Below, one piece after another: positions 60,092 through 64,000 of a stretch of DNA of 64,000 nt; position 1 is the stretch's first letter; every line of letters starts with the position of its first letter. This DNA is from Trueperaceae bacterium (GTDB lineage: Bacteria > Deinococcota > Deinococci > Deinococcales > Trueperaceae), in the NCBI GenBank assembly GCA_965213705.1, contig OZ243913.1, forward strand, positions 2,208,001-2,272,000, in the 5' to 3' direction. The notes beneath the pieces are model-generated. The model had not been told where the DNA came from and searched no databases. It worked only from the letters and a program-made list of their open reading frames with translations. Position numbers and translations under genes: made by a program.

Positions 60092-61087
60092 ATGGAATAT
60101 AACTTTCGCTTTGACCGTTCACAGTCTGACGTGATCCTGCACCGCCTGCGGACAGAAAAGCTCCTTTCGCAGGGCTGGGGGGGTGGCAGTGATGTGGACC
60201 TTCGGGTGAATCAAGATGATTTCGTCCGTAAGACATACGACTATTACGGTTTGAAAACGACAAGAATCCCGTCGAATCTGCTGCGTATGCGCGACCTAAG
60301 AAACGCCGATCTCCTCGTCACGCCTCACCTGCCGGAATACGGAAAAGTCTCCGCTCACGTCGTCGAGGGAAACTTTCCGGCCTGCTACAGTTATCTTCAG
60401 GATGATGCCACACATCTAAACCACCGCATCAGAATCATCCAGTCTTATGGGCTTGATGGTAGTATCAGCATTCAAAACGCGTTACTCGCCCGCTGGCGCG
60501 GGAAACTGCAATGGCTTCGCCTGCCCATGCTTCCACTGGGTGACCTAGGTCAATCCTTTCGCCAAATTACCAGGCAAATTGACGAGGCTCCAAGTACAAC
60601 CTTTGAACCGTCCGTTCTGGAGCAATATTTCAGCGAGCTCCGAAGGCGTCTCCTTGCGAGATGCAAAGACGAACTTGCTGGGATCGCGCCGAGCGGGGGC
60701 AATATTTCGTTCGAGAAGGTTTGCGAAAGGCTCGTCCACGCGGCGGGTTACCAAATAGAAGCGCGCAACCAGTACGACAGAGTGGGCGGGGACGCGGATC
60801 TCATCTGTTCCCGCAGGCGTTCAGAGGGTTCCGCCTTTGAGACCGGAGTCTCAACGCTGCTTATCCAAATCAAGAAACATTCCGGCGTCACTGATGAACA
60901 GGCGGTTTGGCAGTTGCTAGAGATACTTCCTCGTTATCCCGACGCTAACGCAGCGGTAATGTCCCTTGCCGACGCCTTTTCAGAAGAGGCCACGGCGCTT
61001 GCAGAAAAAAACGGCATCGTGCTTTTGAACGGAGATGAAATTTGTACGCTGTTGTTGGCAGAGCTGACCAACGTAACCGCACAATGA
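60092..61087 (+). CDS. Mrr-like restriction endonuclease with N-terminal PUA/EVE-like domain
   Basis: SFEKVCERL..AGY, GGDADL, IQIKK, NGIVLLNG; N-terminal QGWG; lower GC. Confidence 0.75.
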   Translation: MEYNFRFDRSQSDVILHRLRTEKLLSQGWGGGSDVDLRVNQDDFVRKTYDYYGLKTTRIPSNLLRMRDLRNADLLVTPHLPEYGKVSAHVVEGNFPACYSYLQDDATHLNHRIRIIQSYGLDGSISIQNALLARWRGKLQWLRLPMLPLGDLGQSFRQITRQIDEAPSTTFEPSVLEQYFSELRRRLLARCKDELAGIAPSGGNISFEKVCERLVHAAGYQIEARNQYDRVGGDADLICSRRRSEGSAFETGVSTLLIQIKKHSGVTDEQAVWQLLEILPRYPDANAAVMSLADAFSEEATALAEKNGIVLLNGDEICTLLLAELTNVTAQ

Positions 61088-61226
61088 GTGCTTGTCGCCG
61101 ACTTCTTGTGTTTGGAGAAATGTCTGCTCCTACTGCGTTGGTAGCCCGTGCGACTGAGCTATAAACCGTCGTGTGCAGATTCAGTCATCAAAGTTTAGTG
61201 AACGACTCACTTTTTTCACGGTCCTT

Positions 61227-62060
61227 ATGAAACTCGGCCTGAGTTCCTACGCGCTCGCCTGGGCCGTCGGCGTGCCGGGCTATCCGCCAGAAAGTCCGCT
61301 GGACGTGTTCGGGTTCGTCCGCGTTGCCGCGCAGCATGGTTTTGGTCTCGTGCAAATCGCGGACAACTTGCCGCTCGCCGGACTCTCTGCGGACGAACTG
61401 AAAGAGCTCAAAAAACTGACGCGAGCGTCGGGTCTCGAGGTCGAAGTCGGCACGCGGGGCATTCATGACGGCAACTTGGAGCGCTATCTCGAGCTTGCAC
61501 AGTTTTTCGGCTCTTCTCTTTTGCGCGTCGTGGTGGACAGTTCCAATCATCACCCGAGCCCGGACGAGGTCGTCGCAACGGTGAAACCTTTGTTGCCTCT
61601 TTTTAAGCGCGCGGGTGTTACCCTCGCCATCGAAAACCACGACCGCTTCAGCGCCGGAACGCTCGCCCACATCGTGACGGCGCTGGACAGTCCGAGCGTC
61701 GGCATCTGCCTCGACACGGTCAATTCGTTTGGAGCGCTCGAGGGGCCGGAAACCGTGCTCGAGACCCTCGGACCCTTTGTGGTCAACCTGCACGTGAAGG
61801 ATTTTGCCGTGCGCCGGGCCGAGCACAACATGGGCTTTGCGATTTTCGGGACGCCCGCCGGGCAGGGCCTGTTGGACGTGCCAAAGCTTGTCAGGCGGTT
61901 ACAAGCGCTAGGCCGCGAGTTCAACGCGATTTTGGAACTGTGGCCCGCGCCGGAGGCGACGGTCCAGGCGACCGTCGCCAAAGAGGCGCGCTGGGTGGGG
62001 GAGAGCGCCGCCTATCTAAAAAACATGTTTCCGGCGGAGGACGAAAGCCGAGGTTCGTAA
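61227..62060 (+). CDS. TIM-barrel (xylose-isomerase-like) protein, 3-oxo-isoapionate decarboxylase-like
   Basis: VQIADN, EVGTRG, AIENHDRF, CLDTVNS, HVKDF. Confidence 0.7.
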   Translation: MKLGLSSYALAWAVGVPGYPPESPLDVFGFVRVAAQHGFGLVQIADNLPLAGLSADELKELKKLTRASGLEVEVGTRGIHDGNLERYLELAQFFGSSLLRVVVDSSNHHPSPDEVVATVKPLLPLFKRAGVTLAIENHDRFSAGTLAHIVTALDSPSVGICLDTVNSFGALEGPETVLETLGPFVVNLHVKDFAVRRAEHNMGFAIFGTPAGQGLLDVPKLVRRLQALGREFNAILELWPAPEATVQATVAKEARWVGESAAYLKNMFPAEDESRGS

Positions 62061-62080
62061 ACGCGTTCTCTGCTCGAGCC

Positions 62081-63004
62081 CTACCAGCCCCGCGTCGCCA
62101 GCAACTCTTCTTCGGGTAGCGTGTTGATGTTGATGCCCACCATCGCCTCGCCTAGGTTGCGTGAGACCTCGGCCAAGATGTCGGGGTTGTTGTAGTGCGT
62201 GACCGCCTTGACGATGGCGAGCGCGCGGCGCGCGTAGGCCTCGTTGCGCTCCTGCTCGGTCGTGGCGTTGGGGGCCGCCTTGAAGATGCCCGAGCCCACG
62301 AACACGCCGTCCATGCCGAGCTGCATCATCAGCGCCGCGTCGGCCGGGGTCGCCACGCCGCCCGCGGCGAAGTTCACCACCGGCAGTTTGCCGTGCTCGT
62401 GGACGTAGACGACTAAGTCGTAGGGTGCGCCGTTGTCCTTGGCGAAACTCATCAGTTCTTCGCGCGGCGTGGTTTGCAGGTGGCGAATCGAGCCCATCAC
62501 GCTGCGCGCGTGGCGCACGGCCTCGACCACGTTGCCGGTGCCCGCTTCACCTTTGGTGCGAATCAGCGCCGCGCCCTCGCCGACGCGCCGCAACGCCTCG
62601 CCGATGTTGGTACAGCCGCAGACGAACGGCACCGTAAAAGCGGTTTTGTCGATGTGGTACGCCTCGTCCGCGGGGGTCAACACCTCGGACTCGTCGATAA
62701 AGTCGACGCCTAAGGCCTCCAAAATCTGCGCCTCGACGAAGTGGCCGATGCGCGCTTTCGCCATCACCGGAATCGACACGGCGTCGATAATCCCGGCAAT
62801 CATGTCCGGGTCGCTCATCCGGGCCACGCCGCCCTGCACGCGGATGTCGGCCGGGACACGCTCTAAGGCCATCACCGCGGTCGCGCCCGCGTCTTCGGCG
62901 ATTCTGGCTTGGTCGGGCGTGACCACGTCCATAATCACGCCGCCCTTGAACATCTCGGCGAAACCGGTTTTGACCCGGGTGCTGCCTATCACTGTTTCCG
63001 ACAT
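62081..63004 (-). CDS. pdxS: Pyridoxal 5'-phosphate synthase lyase subunit
   Basis: [47 protein letters not shown]. Confidence 0.97.
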   Translation of the reverse strand: MSETVIGSTRVKTGFAEMFKGGVIMDVVTPDQARIAEDAGATAVMALERVPADIRVQGGVARMSDPDMIAGIIDAVSIPVMAKARIGHFVEAQILEALGVDFIDESEVLTPADEAYHIDKTAFTVPFVCGCTNIGEALRRVGEGAALIRTKGEAGTGNVVEAVRHARSVMGSIRHLQTTPREELMSFAKDNGAPYDLVVYVHEHGKLPVVNFAAGGVATPADAALMMQLGMDGVFVGSGIFKAAPNATTEQERNEAYARRALAIVKAVTHYNNPDILAEVSRNLGEAMVGININTLPEEELLATRGW

Positions 63005-63100
63005 ATTTCCTCCTGGGCACGCTTTTAGCGCGCCGCGAATCTCCCTATTATGGCACTTCGGCACTCGCCGCGGGGCTTTGTCGGGACAAGTTCGTTTGCG

Positions 63101-63129
63101 GTAGGGGCGGGTTTGAAACCCGCCCCTAC
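63101..63129. repeat. GTAG-type REP-like hairpin
   Basis: GTAGGGGCGGGTTTGAAACCCGCCCCTAC. Confidence 0.7.
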
Positions 63130-63162
63130 GATGCGCTGAAAAAGTACGTTCAGGACGACTCA

Positions 63163-64000
63163 CTACGCAAGCTGCACCTTCTCCCGCACGTAGTCGCCGA
63201 GTTCGTCTATCGCCACGCGCTCCTGCATCATCGTGTCGCGGTCGCGCACGGTGACGGTGTCTTTCAGCTTGGGGTCGTCCTCCCCCAACGTGTCGAAGTC
63301 CACCGTGACGCAGAGCGGCGTGCCCACTTCGTCGTGGCGGCGGTAGCCCTTGCCGATGTTGCCGGTGTCCTCGTAAAACACCCGGCCGATGCCGAGCGCT
63401 TGCAGGTCGCGCTTGACGGCCCTCGCCTTGTCGGTGATTGCGGGCTTGTTCCGCGCCAAGGGAATGACGGCGACCTTGATGGGCGACAGGTGCGGCCTCA
63501 GTTTCAGGACGATGCGCTCCTTGCCGTCGCCCAAGTCTTCACGCGTAAACGCCTCGGTGAGTACCGCCAGTACGCCGCGGTCGACCCCGGCCGAGGGCTC
63601 GATGACGTAGGGCACAACCGGCTTGTTCGTGTCAGGGTCGAGGATGGTCAGTTTGGCGGTGCTGTCGGTGTTTTTGGTGACCGCCGCCGTCAAACCCAAA
63701 GTATCCTGGTTTTTGCTGTGCGAGCCCAGGTCGTAGTCGGTGCGGTTGGCGACACCCTCGAGTTCCTCCAAGCCATGCGGAAATTTGTAAAGAATATCGA
63801 CCGTCGCCTTGGCGTAGTGCGCCAACTCGGCGGGCTCCTGGTCGTAGGGCGTCAGGTTGTCGCTTTGCAAACCCTGGTCGCGCCACCACTGCAAACGGTC
63901 CTCCACCCAGCGGCGGTGCCACTCGTCATCCTCGCCGGGTTTGACAAAGTATTCGATTTCCATCTGCTCGAACTCGCGCACGCGGAAAATGAAGTTGCGC
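63163..64000 (-). CDS. glyQS: Glycine-tRNA ligase, alpha2 type (3' part; starts beyond window)
   Basis: [46 protein letters not shown]. Confidence 0.95.
   Translation of the reverse strand, partial: RNFIFRVREFEQMEIEYFVKPGEDDEWHRRWVEDRLQWWRDQGLQSDNLTPYDQEPAELAHYAKATVDILYKFPHGLEELEGVANRTDYDLGSHSKNQDTLGLTAAVTKNTDSTAKLTILDPDTNKPVVPYVIEPSAGVDRGVLAVLTEAFTREDLGDGKERIVLKLRPHLSPIKVAVIPLARNKPAITDKARAVKRDLQALGIGRVFYEDTGNIGKGYRRHDEVGTPLCVTVDFDTLGEDDPKLKDTVTVRDRDTMMQERVAIDELGDYVREKVQLA

Overview
GC-rich bacterial chromosome segment. It is probably from Deinococcota (Trueperaceae-like); this is an inference from the mglBA pair, the alpha2-type glyQS, a Thermus-like AddB homologue and many -10-only leaderless starts. 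Left end: the right flank of an integrated element at a tRNA(CAT), with a frameshifted tyrosine integrase, a PIN toxin-antitoxin pair and TGGCACAC arm-like repeats. Next come mglBA, an nfeD-flotillin pair split by an IS701-family element, dinB, ndk and ywbE. An accessory hotspot follows: a HEPN/MNT cassette between 48-bp direct repeats, orphan antitoxins and an S41 peptidase knocked out by an IS1. The middle holds a class-III aminotransferase, an acyl-CoA synthetase plus Liv-type ABC cluster, and a reductive pyrimidine catabolism cluster (preT, preA, dihydropyrimidinase, NMT1-type ABC) interrupted by four single-gene inserts. Then come a VPS10/BNR-repeat protein, a cation-chloride cotransporter, several enzymes and an AddB-like protein. 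The right side carries a GntR-controlled D-apiose/apionate catabolic cluster with a RuBisCO-like protein, interrupted by an Mrr-like nuclease, followed by pdxS and a partial glyQS. The most unusual signals are an ABC permease with a nested, phage-virion-like extracytoplasmic domain, strong CTCGAG over-representation (HIP-like) that is absent from the newest inserts, and integrase-free single-gene cassettes inside operons alongside heptamer-repeat spacers. No CRISPR array or rRNA was seen. All family assignments come from motif recognition, not database searches.
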